Shown: piece after piece, positions 47,481-57,752 of the stretch
Numbering within the stretch: the stretch's first letter is position 1
Layout of the letters: each line of letters begins with the position of its first letter
Assembly: GCF_036833075.1 (NCBI RefSeq)
Contig: NZ_DAITQL010000013.1
Location: 4,883-68,882, forward strand
DNA length: 64,000 nucleotides
Direction: 5' to 3'
Source: Hyphomicrobium sp.
Lineage (GTDB): Bacteria > Pseudomonadota > Alphaproteobacteria > Rhizobiales > Hyphomicrobiaceae
The notes under the pieces: model-generated
What the model saw: only the letters and a program-made list of their open reading frames with translations
What the model was told of the DNA's origin: nothing
Databases searched by the model: none
Program-made: the position numbers and the translations under genes

Positions 47481-50400
47481 CGTCCGATCCCCGCCTCGGG
47501 GTCTCCGGCTTCCTGACCCGCGCCTTTATCCAGTCACCGCTCACGCCGCTCATCCTGCTCGTCAGCCTCGTGCTCGGGATCATTGCGCTCGTGGTACTGC
47601 CGCGCGAGGAGGAGCCGCAGATCTCGGTCCCCATGGTGGACATCTTCGTCACTGCCGACGGGCTCAAGGCCGAGGACGCGGTGAAGCTCGTCACCGAGCC
47701 GCTCGAGACGATCGTCAAGGCCATCAACGGCGTCGAGCACGTCTATTCGAACACCGAGGACGACCGCGTGCTCGTCACGGCGCGCTTCTTCGTCGGCACG
47801 CCCCAGGACGACGCCATCCTCCGCGTGCACGAGAAGGTGCGCGCCAATTACGACCGTATCCCCGTTGGCATTCCCGAGCCGTTGATCATCGGGCGCGGGA
47901 TCGACGACGTCGCGATCGTGACGCTGACGCTGGCCCCGAAACCCGGCGCCGCGCACGTCGAGGACAACGCGCTTTATCACATTGCCGAGACCCTGCAGGT
48001 CGAGCTCGCCAAGCTCGAGGACGTGGGAATGAGCTACATCATCGGCGGCCGCCCCGACCAGATCCGCATCGAACCCCTGCCGGAACGCCTCGCGCTCTAC
48101 GGCGTCACGCTCGCCCAGCTTGTCGGCAAGGTGAAGGAGGCCAACCGCTCGTTTCTCGCCGGACGCGTGCGCGAACGGGGCGAGAGCCTCGCCGTCGCCG
48201 CGGGACAGACGCTCCAGGGCGTGCCCGACATCGGCCTCCTCCTGCTCACCACGCGCGACGGCCGTCCCGTCTACGTGCGCGACGTTGCCAACGTCGTCGT
48301 CGGCGCCAAGCCGCTCGAGCATCGCGCCTGGCACGTCACCAAAGCGGACGATGGCAGCAGCCTCCACCGCGCACCCGCCGTCACCCTGGCGCTGGCGAAG
48401 CGCGCCGGAGCCAACGCGGTGGTAATCTCCGAGCGCATCGTCGAGCGTGTGGCCGCCCTCAAGGGCAATCTCATCCCCGACGACGTGGAAATCACCGTCA
48501 CCCGCAACTACGGAGAAACCGCAGACGAGAAGGCGAACGAGCTGCTCTTCCACCTCGGTCTCGCCACGCTCTCGATCGTGCTGCTCGTCGGCCTCGCTGT
48601 CGGCTGGCGCGAGGGCGGGGTCGTGCTCATCGTCATTCCCGTAACGATCCTGCTGACGCTGTTCGCCTCATGGCTTCTCGGCTACACCATCAACCGCGTC
48701 AGCCTGTTCGCGCTCATCTTCTCGATTGGCATCCTGGTCGACGATGCGATCGTCGTCATCGAGAACATCGCGCGCCACTGGGCCATGCACGACGGGAGGA
48801 GCCGCATCTCCGCGGCCGTCGACGCCGTGGCCGAAGTCGGCAACCCGACCATCTTCGCGACGCTGACCGTGGTCGCGGCGCTGCTTCCGATGCTGTTCGT
48901 GTCGGGCCTCATGGGCCCCTACATGAGCCCGATCCCCGCCAACGCCTCGGCGGCCATGGTGCTCTCGTTCTTTGTTGCGGTGATCGTGACGCCCTGGCTG
49001 ATGGTCCGTTTCAGCGGCAAGGGCACGGGCGGCGGACACGCGGAGGCGGCCGGCGGCGGCTGGCTCGGACGCGGCTATAAGGCGGTCGCGCGACCTGTCA
49101 TCGCCACGCGGCGTAGGGCACTCGTCTTTCTCCTCCTCGTCGGCGCGGCGACGCTCCTGTCGCTCGTGCTGTTCGCGACGAAGTCCGTAACGGTGAAGCT
49201 TTTGCCGTTCGACGACAAGTCCGAGCTGCAGGTGGTGATCGATCTGCCGCCCGGCGCCAGCCTCGAGGACACGGACCGCGTGCTTGCGGCGGCGGCCGGC
49301 CGTCTCGCCGGGCTCGACGAGCTGTCCTCCATCCAGGCCTATGCGGGCACGGCGGCACCCTTCAACTTCAACGGCCTCGTGCGCCACTATTACCTGCGCA
49401 GCGCGCCGCACCAGGGAGACCTGCAGGTCAACCTCGCACCGAAGAGGGAGCGCACGCGGACAAGCCACGAAATCGCGCTCCATGCGCGCCGGCTGCTCGA
49501 AGGCCTGCCGGCCCCCGACGGAACGGTCGTCAAAGTGGTCGAAGTGCCGCCCGGCCCGCCCGTCATCGCCACGCTCCTCGTCGAGGTCTACGGACCCGAT
49601 GCGGACCAGCGCCGCGCGTTGGCCCACGAGGTCGCCGCCCTCTTCCGCTCGGTGCCGTTCATCGTTGACGTCGACGTGAGCTTCCGCGAAGGCGCGCCGC
49701 GGCTGCGCATCGCCATCGATCAGGACAATCTCGAATTTCACAAGGTCGAGGAGCGCGACGTCTACGACACCATAGCCGCCTATCTCGGCGGCACGACCGT
49801 CGGCTATTCGCACAAAGGCGGCGGCCGTCATCCCGTCGAGATCGCGGTTGGGCTCCCCAAGACCGATCTCGCCATAACGGAGGCGACGCTCTCGACGCCG
49901 GTCCCGGCCAACGCGCTTCCCGGCGAGCGCGGCATCGTCGAGCTCGGCGAGCTCGTCAAAATCGGACGCGAGGACTCGTCCCCCGCCATTTTCCGCCACA
50001 ACGGCCGTCCGGCCGAGTTGGTGATGGCGGAGCTTGCCGGAGACTACGAGGCCCCGATCTACGGCATGCTGGCCGTTCAGAAGCTGATCGATGCCAAGGA
50101 GTGGGGCACGCTGGCGAAGCCGGAGGTGCGTCTGCATGGTCAGCCCGAAAGCGAAGCCGCACCCGTCCTGCTCTGGGACGGCGAGTGGGAGGTGACCTAC
50201 GTGACCTTCCGTGACATGGGTGCCGCGTTCGCCGTGGCGCTGCTCGGCATTTACGTGCTGGTCGTGGCGCAGTTCCGCTCGTTCACGCTCCCGCTCGTCA
50301 TCCTGACGCCCGTACCATTGACGTTGATCGGCATCATGATCGGGCATTGGCTGTTCGCCGCCCCCTTCACGGCGACATCGATGATCGGCTTCATCGCGCT

Positions 50401-50707
50401 CGCCGGCATCATCGTCCGCAACTCGATCTTGCTGGTCGACTTCATTCAGGAACGCCGCACCGGAGGAGCGCCGCTGCGTCAGGTGCTGCTCGAGGCCGGC
50501 GCCATCCGCTTCAAGCCGATCCTGCTCACGGCACTCGCCGCCATGATCGGCGCCGCCGTCATTCTCGCCGATCCGATCTTCCAGGGGCTCGCCATTTCGC
50601 TCCTGTTCGGGCTGGTCTCTTCGACCTTGCTGACAGTGCTCGTCATCCCGGCGATCTACGTCGTATTGCGCGACGACCCGCCATCGCACGACATGGGAGC
50701 CGCCTAG
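47477..50707 (+). CDS. RND efflux permease
   Basis: PREEEPQI, GILVDDAIVVIENI, RNSILLVDF, RFKPILLT. Confidence 0.95.
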   Translation: MTSDPRLGVSGFLTRAFIQSPLTPLILLVSLVLGIIALVVLPREEEPQISVPMVDIFVTADGLKAEDAVKLVTEPLETIVKAINGVEHVYSNTEDDRVLVTARFFVGTPQDDAILRVHEKVRANYDRIPVGIPEPLIIGRGIDDVAIVTLTLAPKPGAAHVEDNALYHIAETLQVELAKLEDVGMSYIIGGRPDQIRIEPLPERLALYGVTLAQLVGKVKEANRSFLAGRVRERGESLAVAAGQTLQGVPDIGLLLLTTRDGRPVYVRDVANVVVGAKPLEHRAWHVTKADDGSSLHRAPAVTLALAKRAGANAVVISERIVERVAALKGNLIPDDVEITVTRNYGETADEKANELLFHLGLATLSIVLLVGLAVGWREGGVVLIVIPVTILLTLFASWLLGYTINRVSLFALIFSIGILVDDAIVVIENIARHWAMHDGRSRISAAVDAVAEVGNPTIFATLTVVAALLPMLFVSGLMGPYMSPIPANASAAMVLSFFVAVIVTPWLMVRFSGKGTGGGHAEAAGGGWLGRGYKAVARPVIATRRRALVFLLLVGAATLLSLVLFATKSVTVKLLPFDDKSELQVVIDLPPGASLEDTDRVLAAAAGRLAGLDELSSIQAYAGTAAPFNFNGLVRHYYLRSAPHQGDLQVNLAPKRERTRTSHEIALHARRLLEGLPAPDGTVVKVVEVPPGPPVIATLLVEVYGPDADQRRALAHEVAALFRSVPFIVDVDVSFREGAPRLRIAIDQDNLEFHKVEERDVYDTIAAYLGGTTVGYSHKGGGRHPVEIAVGLPKTDLAITEATLSTPVPANALPGERGIVELGELVKIGREDSSPAIFRHNGRPAELVMAELAGDYEAPIYGMLAVQKLIDAKEWGTLAKPEVRLHGQPESEAAPVLLWDGEWEVTYVTFRDMGAAFAVALLGIYVLVVAQFRSFTLPLVILTPVPLTLIGIMIGHWLFAAPFTATSMIGFIALAGIIVRNSILLVDFIQERRTGGAPLRQVLLEAGAIRFKPILLTALAAMIGAAVILADPIFQGLAISLLFGLVSSTLLTVLVIPAIYVVLRDDPPSHDMGAA

Positions 50708-50827
50708 GTGCGCGCCACAGGAGGAGCCGCCCGGAAATGCCGTGAAGTGGCTTGGAGATCGTCCACTTCCCGGTATAGAAACGTTTGAAGCGGACGGCAC
50801 GATAGACCGCCGCATCGCAACGGCGGA

Positions 50828-51802
50828 GTGGATGTGACCGGACATACTTGGGATCGGGTGCCCATCGACGCCCAGAGCATTGAGGCCCCGCTTTCGCGCG
50901 CCGCCATCTTTCTGGTCGTTGCGGTCGCGGATGGCGATGACGCGATTGCGAGCGTCCGCGCGGCGCTCGACGGGCTTGATGACCTTATCAAAACCGTCGG
51001 CTTTCGCGATCTGGAAGGCAAGTTGTCCTGCATCGCGGCGATCGGGTCTGCTCTATGGAACAGGCTCGAGTCGTCCAGCCGGCCGGCTGACCTCAAGCCC
51101 TTCTCTCCGATTGACGGCCCTGCCCATAAAGCACCCTCCACACCGGGCGACCTCTTGTTCCACATCCGGGCTGAGCGGGCCGATCTGTGCTTTGAGCTGG
51201 AAAAGCTGCTGCTTGATGCACTCGGTGACGCGGTGCGCGTCGTCGATGAGACTTCGGGGTTCCGTTATTTCGACGCGAGGGATCTTCTCGGTTTTGTCGA
51301 CGGAACCGCGAACCCGGTGGGTCAGGACATTCCGGATTCCGCATTGGTCGGAGACGAGGATCCAGAGTTCGCCGGCGGCAGCTACGTCGTGGTCCAGAAA
51401 TATCTGCACGATATGTCTGCATGGAAGGCAATTGGCGCTGACCGGCAGGAGAAGATCATCGGCCGCACCAAAGTGGACAACATTGAGCTCGACGACGAGA
51501 CGGAACACCAGAAGTCGCACAAGAGCTTAGCAACCATCGTCGACCCACAGGGGGTCGAGCATGATATCTTGCGAGACAATATGCCGTTCGGCAGCCCGGG
51601 GCGGCGTGAGTTCGGAACATATTTCATAGGATATTCCCGGCGGCTTTGGGTAATCGAGAAAATGCTGGAGCGCATGTTCGTTGGTGAACCGGAAGGCGCC
51701 TACGATAGGCTTCTCGACTTCTCCACGGCACAAACCGGCACGACCTTCTTCGCCCCCTCGCGATCAACGCTGGCAAAGTTGGCAAGGAAGGGGGCGTCCT
51801 GA
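50828..51802 (+). CDS. Dye-decolorizing peroxidase, DypB-like
   Basis: GFVDGTANP (GxxDG), SHK proximal His, ILRDNMPFG. Confidence 0.93.
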   Translation: MDVTGHTWDRVPIDAQSIEAPLSRAAIFLVVAVADGDDAIASVRAALDGLDDLIKTVGFRDLEGKLSCIAAIGSALWNRLESSSRPADLKPFSPIDGPAHKAPSTPGDLLFHIRAERADLCFELEKLLLDALGDAVRVVDETSGFRYFDARDLLGFVDGTANPVGQDIPDSALVGDEDPEFAGGSYVVVQKYLHDMSAWKAIGADRQEKIIGRTKVDNIELDDETEHQKSHKSLATIVDPQGVEHDILRDNMPFGSPGRREFGTYFIGYSRRLWVIEKMLERMFVGEPEGAYDRLLDFSTAQTGTTFFAPSRSTLAKLARKGAS

Positions 51803-52102
51803 CCCCGGACCGCCAATGGGCACGATCGCTTTTCGGCAACCACTCAAACCTCGATCGCAATCGAGGTGGGCAGCCGTTTGAGCCGTGCGCGGCCGACGTC
51901 AACTCCAGGCATTGCGCGTCATGGTTGGGCCGTCTGAATTGAGGGCGGGCGCTGTCGGTATTGTGCTGCGCCAGTCGGTGGTGCCGAGCCAAGAGATGTC
52001 GGCGCTTAGATGCCAGGCGACGTTCATGGCTGACACCCGACGTCGCCGATGACCGCCTCATGATGGGAAAAGTCCTTTCTCCGCCGGCCCCGCCGACCAG
52101 CG

Positions 52103-53308
52103 CTATTCATGCCGGAGCGCCTCAATGGGATTGAGTTGCGCGGCCCGCCGGGCAGGGAAGTAGCCGAACACGATGCCGACAAGGGCAGAGAAGGCGAATG
52201 CGAGCAGGATGATGCTCGGGTCGATCGTGAATGGAAGCTTCAAGACCGCGGTGCCGAGCCAAGCGAGGCTCAAGCCCATGATGACGCCGATCAGCCCGCC
52301 GAACAGCGACAGCACGATGGCCTCGGCAAGAAATTGCGCCAGCACCTGGCCCTCCAGGGCACCGATGGCAAGCCGTATGCCGATCTCCCGCGTCCGCTCG
52401 GTCACGGAGACGAGCATGATGTTCATGATGCCGATGCCGCCGACGATCAGACTGACGCCGGCGACAGCGCCGAGAAGGCCGGTCAGGATCGACGCGGTAC
52501 CGGCCGTAGCCTGCACGATCTGCTTCATATCGGCGACGGAGAAGTCGTCCTCCTTGCCCTGCGTTATATTCCGGCGCTCGCGCAGCAGCGCCTCGATGTT
52601 CGCCTGCAGCCTTGCCATGTCGACGCCGTCGCGCGCCGAAACCATGATGCGACTGATATCGGTGTTTCCGGCAATCCGCCGGTGGAAAGTGCGGAGCGGC
52701 ATCAGCACGGTGTCGTCCTGATCGGAGCCGAAGCTCGACTGCCCCTTGGCCTCCAGGTGGCCGATCACCTCGCAAGAGACATTGCCGACGCGGATGATGC
52801 GGCCTACGAGATCGCCGCTGCCGAGCAACTTTGACCGGACCGTGGCGCCGATGATGCATGCGGCACGTCCGCCTCTGAGCTCGCCGTCGGTGAATGTGCG
52901 TCCCGACGACAGGGCCCAGTCCTGGGCAATGAAGTAGTCGTTGTCGGTCCCCGATATTGAAACGATGCGGTTCTCCGTGCCGGCAACGACGGTCGCCGAT
53001 TTCTGAGCCAGCGGCGCCACGGCTTTGATGCCGCTGAGCTGCGTTTTCATGACGTCAATGTCGCGCGCATTGAACGGCTTGGCATCCGTGCTCGCTCGTC
53101 CCGGCCCGAACTGGCCGGGATTGATCATGAGCAGGTTGGAGCCCAGCTTGGCGAGATCCGCGGTGACCTTGGTGGTGGCGCCATTGCCGATGGTGACCAT
53201 GGCGATGACGGCACCGACGCCGATCACGATGCCGAGCACAGTCAGCAGCGAGCGCATGACGTTTCGCCGAAGTGCCTGAACCGCCAGCCGCAGAATTTCG
53301 AAGGCCAT
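52103..53308 (-). CDS. MacB-like ABC permease
   Basis: RSLLTVLGIVIGV, GGIGIMNIMLVSVTERTREIG, NPIEALRHE. Confidence 0.95.
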   Translation of the reverse strand: MAFEILRLAVQALRRNVMRSLLTVLGIVIGVGAVIAMVTIGNGATTKVTADLAKLGSNLLMINPGQFGPGRASTDAKPFNARDIDVMKTQLSGIKAVAPLAQKSATVVAGTENRIVSISGTDNDYFIAQDWALSSGRTFTDGELRGGRAACIIGATVRSKLLGSGDLVGRIIRVGNVSCEVIGHLEAKGQSSFGSDQDDTVLMPLRTFHRRIAGNTDISRIMVSARDGVDMARLQANIEALLRERRNITQGKEDDFSVADMKQIVQATAGTASILTGLLGAVAGVSLIVGGIGIMNIMLVSVTERTREIGIRLAIGALEGQVLAQFLAEAIVLSLFGGLIGVIMGLSLAWLGTAVLKLPFTIDPSIILLAFAFSALVGIVFGYFPARRAAQLNPIEALRHE

Positions 53309-54027
53309 CACACGCCCTGCTTGTTGAGGACATCGCTTTCGATGCGGCCATCGACGAAGCGGATCACGCGCCGGGCATAAGCGGCGATGTCCGGCTCGTG
53401 CGTGACCATGACGACCGTAATGCCCTGCTCGCGGTTGAGACGGGTGACCAGCTCCATGATCTCGATGCTGGTCCGCGTATCGAGGTTTCCGGTCGGCTCG
53501 TCGGCAAGCAGCACCTCGGGCGAGGTGACGATGGCGCGTGCGATGGCAACGCGTTGCTGCTGGCCGCCCGAGAGCTCGCTCGAGGTGTGCCCGCCGCGAT
53601 GGGCGAGGCCAACCTGCTCGAGCGCCCGCGACGCCAGCCGGCGCCGTTCGCCGGCCGACACTTCCCGATAGATCAGAGGCAGCTCAACGTTCTCCAATGC
53701 CGTCGTCCGGGGCAGCAGGTTGAAACCCTGAAAGACGAACCCCAGAAAATAGCGCCGGATCAGCGCGCGCTGATTGCGCGGCAGGCGCCCGACCTCGCGA
53801 CCATGAAACAGATGATCGCCGCTGCTCGGTGCGTCCAGGCAGCCGAGGATGTTCATCGCCGTCGACTTGCCGGAACCCGAGGGACCCATGATGGCGATGA
53901 ACTCACCCGCGGCGATGTGAAGATCGACCCCGGCCAGCGCGTGCACGGCGTTGGCCCCGGACCCGAACGTCCGCGTGACCTTGCAGAGTTCGATGAGCGC
54001 AGGAGGCGTAGAGACTTTCTGCAGCAT
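53308..54027 (-). CDS. MacB/LolD-like ABC ATPase
   Basis: [25 protein letters not shown]. Confidence 0.95.
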   Translation of the reverse strand: MLQKVSTPPALIELCKVTRTFGSGANAVHALAGVDLHIAAGEFIAIMGPSGSGKSTAMNILGCLDAPSSGDHLFHGREVGRLPRNQRALIRRYFLGFVFQGFNLLPRTTALENVELPLIYREVSAGERRRLASRALEQVGLAHRGGHTSSELSGGQQQRVAIARAIVTSPEVLLADEPTGNLDTRTSIEIMELVTRLNREQGITVVMVTHEPDIAAYARRVIRFVDGRIESDVLNKQGV

Positions 54028-54033
54028 GACCCA

Positions 54034-55317
54034 TCACTTCGCCGACTGAATCGCATCGACGATCACCGCATCGCCCGGCTGCAGCCCGCCGCTGACCACC
54101 TCGGTGCGCCGGCCGTCGCTCGCGCCGACGACAACCTCTACGGGCTGCGGGGTCCCGTCGCGCAGCATCCACAAAGTGCGGCCTGGACCGGTCTCCTCGC
54201 GGGCGCTGGCCGCGCGCCTGGCAGGCGGCCCCGGCATCAGGCGCTGCAGGAAGCCGCGCTGGTCCTCTGCGGATGTGTCCGGCGGCGAATAGCGCAGCGC
54301 GGAATTGGCAACGAGCAGAGCATCGCGGATCTCGGCGGTTCGGATGTCGGCCGTCGCCGTCATTCCGGGCCTCAACAACAGCTCCGCATTGTCGATCGTG
54401 AGGATCCCCTTGTAGGTGACGACACCCGAGACGGTCTCGGAAGCAAAGCGGACATCGCGGATGACGGCCGGGAACTTGCGGTCGGGATAGGCATCGACGG
54501 AGAAGGTTGCATTCTGGCCCGATCTCACCTGGCCGACATCAGCCTCGTCGATATCCACCTGGACCTCCATTTTCTTCAGGTCCTCAGCGATGGTAAACAG
54601 GGTCGACGCCTGCAGCGTGGTTGCGACCGTGGATCCGGGGTCGATGTTGCGATTGAGCACGACGCCGGAGATCGGCGAGGTGATCGTCGCCTTGGCCAGG
54701 TTCGTCTCGTTGAGGGCGAGATCTCCCTCCGCGACACTGACGTCGGCGCGCGCGCTCTCGAGTGCCGCTTTGGCGCGGTCGAACGCGGCCTGGGCCGCAT
54801 CGCGATCCTGAAGCGACACGGTCGCTCTCTCGGCAAGCGCCCGCTTTCGGGTCAGGTCGCGCTCCTTCTCGACAACGGTCGCCTCGGCTTCGGCGACCTT
54901 GGCCTTGGCCGACGCCAGCTTGGCGCGCGAGCTGTCGACGGTCGCCTTCAGCTTGTCGGTGTCGAGCTCGGCCAGAACCTGTCCGGCGGTAACGGCATCG
55001 TTGAAATCGACAAATACCTTGCGCACGGTGCCGGAGAGCTCGCTCGAAATGTCGACCTTGTTGGTCGGCTGCACCGACCCCGTTGCCGTGACGGTGACCA
55101 CCAGGTTGCCGCGGCTCGCCTCGTCCGTGACGTAGCGTATTCCCGCAGAACCGGTGCGCAGCGACAAGGCCGTCCAGAGGGCAAGCCCGGCGACCGCCAG
55201 GAGAACGGACCATTTGAGGAGGCTGCGAGGAACGCGATGCGCGCCAGCCGACGGCGCACCGGCCAGAACAGCGTCGAGATCGACGCGTGAGCGGGTGTCT
55301 TCCAACCTGGTCGTCAA
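54034..55317 (-). CDS. MacA-like periplasmic adaptor
   Basis: VTATGSVQP, SPISGVV, DEADVG, RPGMTA. Confidence 0.92.
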   Translation of the reverse strand: MTTRLEDTRSRVDLDAVLAGAPSAGAHRVPRSLLKWSVLLAVAGLALWTALSLRTGSAGIRYVTDEASRGNLVVTVTATGSVQPTNKVDISSELSGTVRKVFVDFNDAVTAGQVLAELDTDKLKATVDSSRAKLASAKAKVAEAEATVVEKERDLTRKRALAERATVSLQDRDAAQAAFDRAKAALESARADVSVAEGDLALNETNLAKATITSPISGVVLNRNIDPGSTVATTLQASTLFTIAEDLKKMEVQVDIDEADVGQVRSGQNATFSVDAYPDRKFPAVIRDVRFASETVSGVVTYKGILTIDNAELLLRPGMTATADIRTAEIRDALLVANSALRYSPPDTSAEDQRGFLQRLMPGPPARRAASAREETGPGRTLWMLRDGTPQPVEVVVGASDGRRTEVVSGGLQPGDAVIVDAIQSAK

Positions 55318-55611
55318 CGGGTCCTCGCAAATCCTTGCAGGAGGTGATGCCGCGATCGTTAGGTCAACGCGGTTTCCCGGTTACGAACTTGTGTTTCCCA
55401 ACATTTCCGTCGAGCGCCGACTTGTGTCGAAACATGTCTGACGGCCGCCTCGGACCCGGTTCGACACCAAATTCCACCCAATCGGGCCGCGCCAATACGC
55501 GCCGGTCACGGGTGCCGGACCGTCGCGATCAGCAGCTGGAGATCGGTTCTGCGGTAACATGCCGGTCAGGGCCGGAGTGGGCCCGGTTGCGCGCCGCTGA
55601 TCCCGCTCCGC

Positions 55612-56850
55612 TCAGTGCTCCGCAGCGTTCGGCAGCTCGACGACTTGTACGAGGCCCCCTTTCGGCCCGTTCGCGATCCGGATATCCCCTTCGGCACGTT
55701 GGATGATCTCGCGAGCGATGGTCAGTCCCAACCCGGCACCCGGTATCTCCTGACGCCGTGCCGGATCGGCGCGGAAGAAGGGCTCGAAGACGTTGCCAAT
55801 CATGGTCTCCGGGATTCCCGGGCCGTCATCCTCCACGATCACGCGCGCTACAGGTCCCGACGATGTCATGCGCACACGCGCATTCTTGCCGTGTGTCGCA
55901 GCGTTGATGATCAAATTTCTGAGCGCACGCCACAACGCATGCCGATTGGCGTGAATCACGGCGGGTTCCGCGCTCTCGAGGCTGACGGAATAGTCGAGCG
56001 CTGACAGCTCTTGAGCGACATCGCGCAGAAGGTCGTCCAGACGGAAGGACTCCGCGAGCGATCGGCCAGACTCCTCCCGCACCAACAGGATGGCGCTGTC
56101 GGCGATGTGTTCGAGCTCGTCGATATCCTTGAGCCACATCGCACGATCGTCGGTGTCGGCCACGAATTCCGCGCGAAGGCGCATGCGCGTGATCGGCGTG
56201 CGCATGTCATGGCCGGCCGCAGCAACGAGCCGCATGCGACTTTCCATGGCGCTCTTCAAGCGTGACGACAACGAATTGAGCGCGCGGGCGGCGATCTTGA
56301 CTTCAGCCGGACCCTTGACGGGCAATTCCGGCAGGATTGCATCCGGCCCGACCTGCTCGATGGCCCGTTCGAGGAAGACGAGTGGCTGGATCATCCGATT
56401 GGCCACGAAGATGGCGATGGCCAAGGCACCCAGCGTAATCAATGCGAGCCACGTGCCGAGAACGTACCACCCGCCGTCGGGTGGAGGGAAATCCGGCACT
56501 TGAGCAATGATCCACCCTCCGTCTGATGGAACAGAAACGACTTGAGGGGCTGTGTCGCCGGCCCGCGAAACGATGACCTCGAGATCGACCCCCCGCTCTG
56601 CGAGCGCCTGCCGAAGCCACTTGGTCACGCCACGCCTCACCTCGCCCGTCGCAGGCGACGATGACACCGTCAGGACACCAGGCGCCTCCCTGGCGACGCG
56701 CGCGAGCGTCAACACTTGCTCGACGACGGGAGCCATGTACTGCCCCCCGGGTGGCCGCAAGAGATAAAGCAGGACGCCTGTGAGGACGCCGACCACCGAA
56801 ACGATCACGACGGCCAGAAGCAGCACGAGCTTGGCACGAAGCGTATTCAA
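55612..56850 (-). CDS. Sensor histidine kinase (EnvZ/CpxA-like)
   Basis: Two TMs, HAMP, HDMRTP, NLIINA, DDGPG, GAGLGL. Confidence 0.93.
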   Translation of the reverse strand: MNTLRAKLVLLLAVVIVSVVGVLTGVLLYLLRPPGGQYMAPVVEQVLTLARVAREAPGVLTVSSSPATGEVRRGVTKWLRQALAERGVDLEVIVSRAGDTAPQVVSVPSDGGWIIAQVPDFPPPDGGWYVLGTWLALITLGALAIAIFVANRMIQPLVFLERAIEQVGPDAILPELPVKGPAEVKIAARALNSLSSRLKSAMESRMRLVAAAGHDMRTPITRMRLRAEFVADTDDRAMWLKDIDELEHIADSAILLVREESGRSLAESFRLDDLLRDVAQELSALDYSVSLESAEPAVIHANRHALWRALRNLIINAATHGKNARVRMTSSGPVARVIVEDDGPGIPETMIGNVFEPFFRADPARRQEIPGAGLGLTIAREIIQRAEGDIRIANGPKGGLVQVVELPNAAEH

Positions 56851-57575
56851 GCGAGGGACTCCTCAAGCTCGACTTTGACCGCGAGCTGATATCCGCCGTT
56901 GCGGACTGTCTTGAACACCTGACCGGCGCCCGCGCCGGTGAGCTTGCGACGCAACCGGCTCATAAGGACGTCGACGGAGCGATCGAAGACTTCACCATCT
57001 CGTCCGCGCGTGAGGTCGAGAAGTTGATCCCGTGACAGCACACGGCCGGGCCGGTCGAGAAAGACTTGGAGAAGGTCGAATTCTGCGCCTGTGAGATCGA
57101 TCTCCGCGCCGTCCGGGCTCACGACCTGACGCAGAGCGGGGTCGACCGAGAAGCCTTCGAAGCGGTATCGTTTGGAAGATGCCGTCTGAGGCTGCGGTTC
57201 GGCTTGGCGTCTCAGCACAGCGCGGATGCGCGCCACGAGTTCGCGTGGATTGAAGGGCTTGCCGAGGTAATCGTCCGCGCCAATCTCGAGCCCGACGATC
57301 CGATCGACCTCCTCCTTCAACGCGGTCAGAAGGATGATGGGGATGGTCGAGCCTTCGCCGCGGAGGCTGCGGCACATGTCGAGCCCCGAGCCGTCGGGCA
57401 GCATCACATCGAGGACGATCAGATCAACCTTGTGGGTCGCGATGCGCTCGCGCAACTCGCTGCAGGTCGCAGCCAAAAGCACGCGGAACCCCTGGCTCTC
57501 GACATAGCGGGCCAGAAGCTTGCGGATCTCTGGGTCGTCATCGACGATAAGGATTTGCGGTGTGTGTTTGCTCAT
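56847..57575 (-). CDS. OmpR-family response regulator
   Basis: VDDD, LDVMLPD, GADDYLGKPF, KTVRNGGY. Confidence 0.95.
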   Translation of the reverse strand: MSKHTPQILIVDDDPEIRKLLARYVESQGFRVLLAATCSELRERIATHKVDLIVLDVMLPDGSGLDMCRSLRGEGSTIPIILLTALKEEVDRIVGLEIGADDYLGKPFNPRELVARIRAVLRRQAEPQPQTASSKRYRFEGFSVDPALRQVVSPDGAEIDLTGAEFDLLQVFLDRPGRVLSRDQLLDLTRGRDGEVFDRSVDVLMSRLRRKLTGAGAGQVFKTVRNGGYQLAVKVELEESLA

Positions 57576-57752
57576 AGGCAACGCGTGGTTCGGAGAGTTC
57601 GTCTTCTAGCCGCCCAGCGGCCTCCACACGAGGCCTTTCTTGTAACAAAAGTTTAGCAGCTCCCGCCTCGGCAATGTTTCGAAACAAATCTCCTCGACGC
57701 AGAAAAGGAACGACACACTTTGCTCTAACGAGGACATGCGCCGCCGCTATCG

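Noticed and set aside
51803..52102. Encapsulin gene or a frameshifted DyP targeting peptide
   Set aside because: Forward-frame translations just after the DyP stop give no GSLxIGSL-like peptide and no encapsulin N-terminus.
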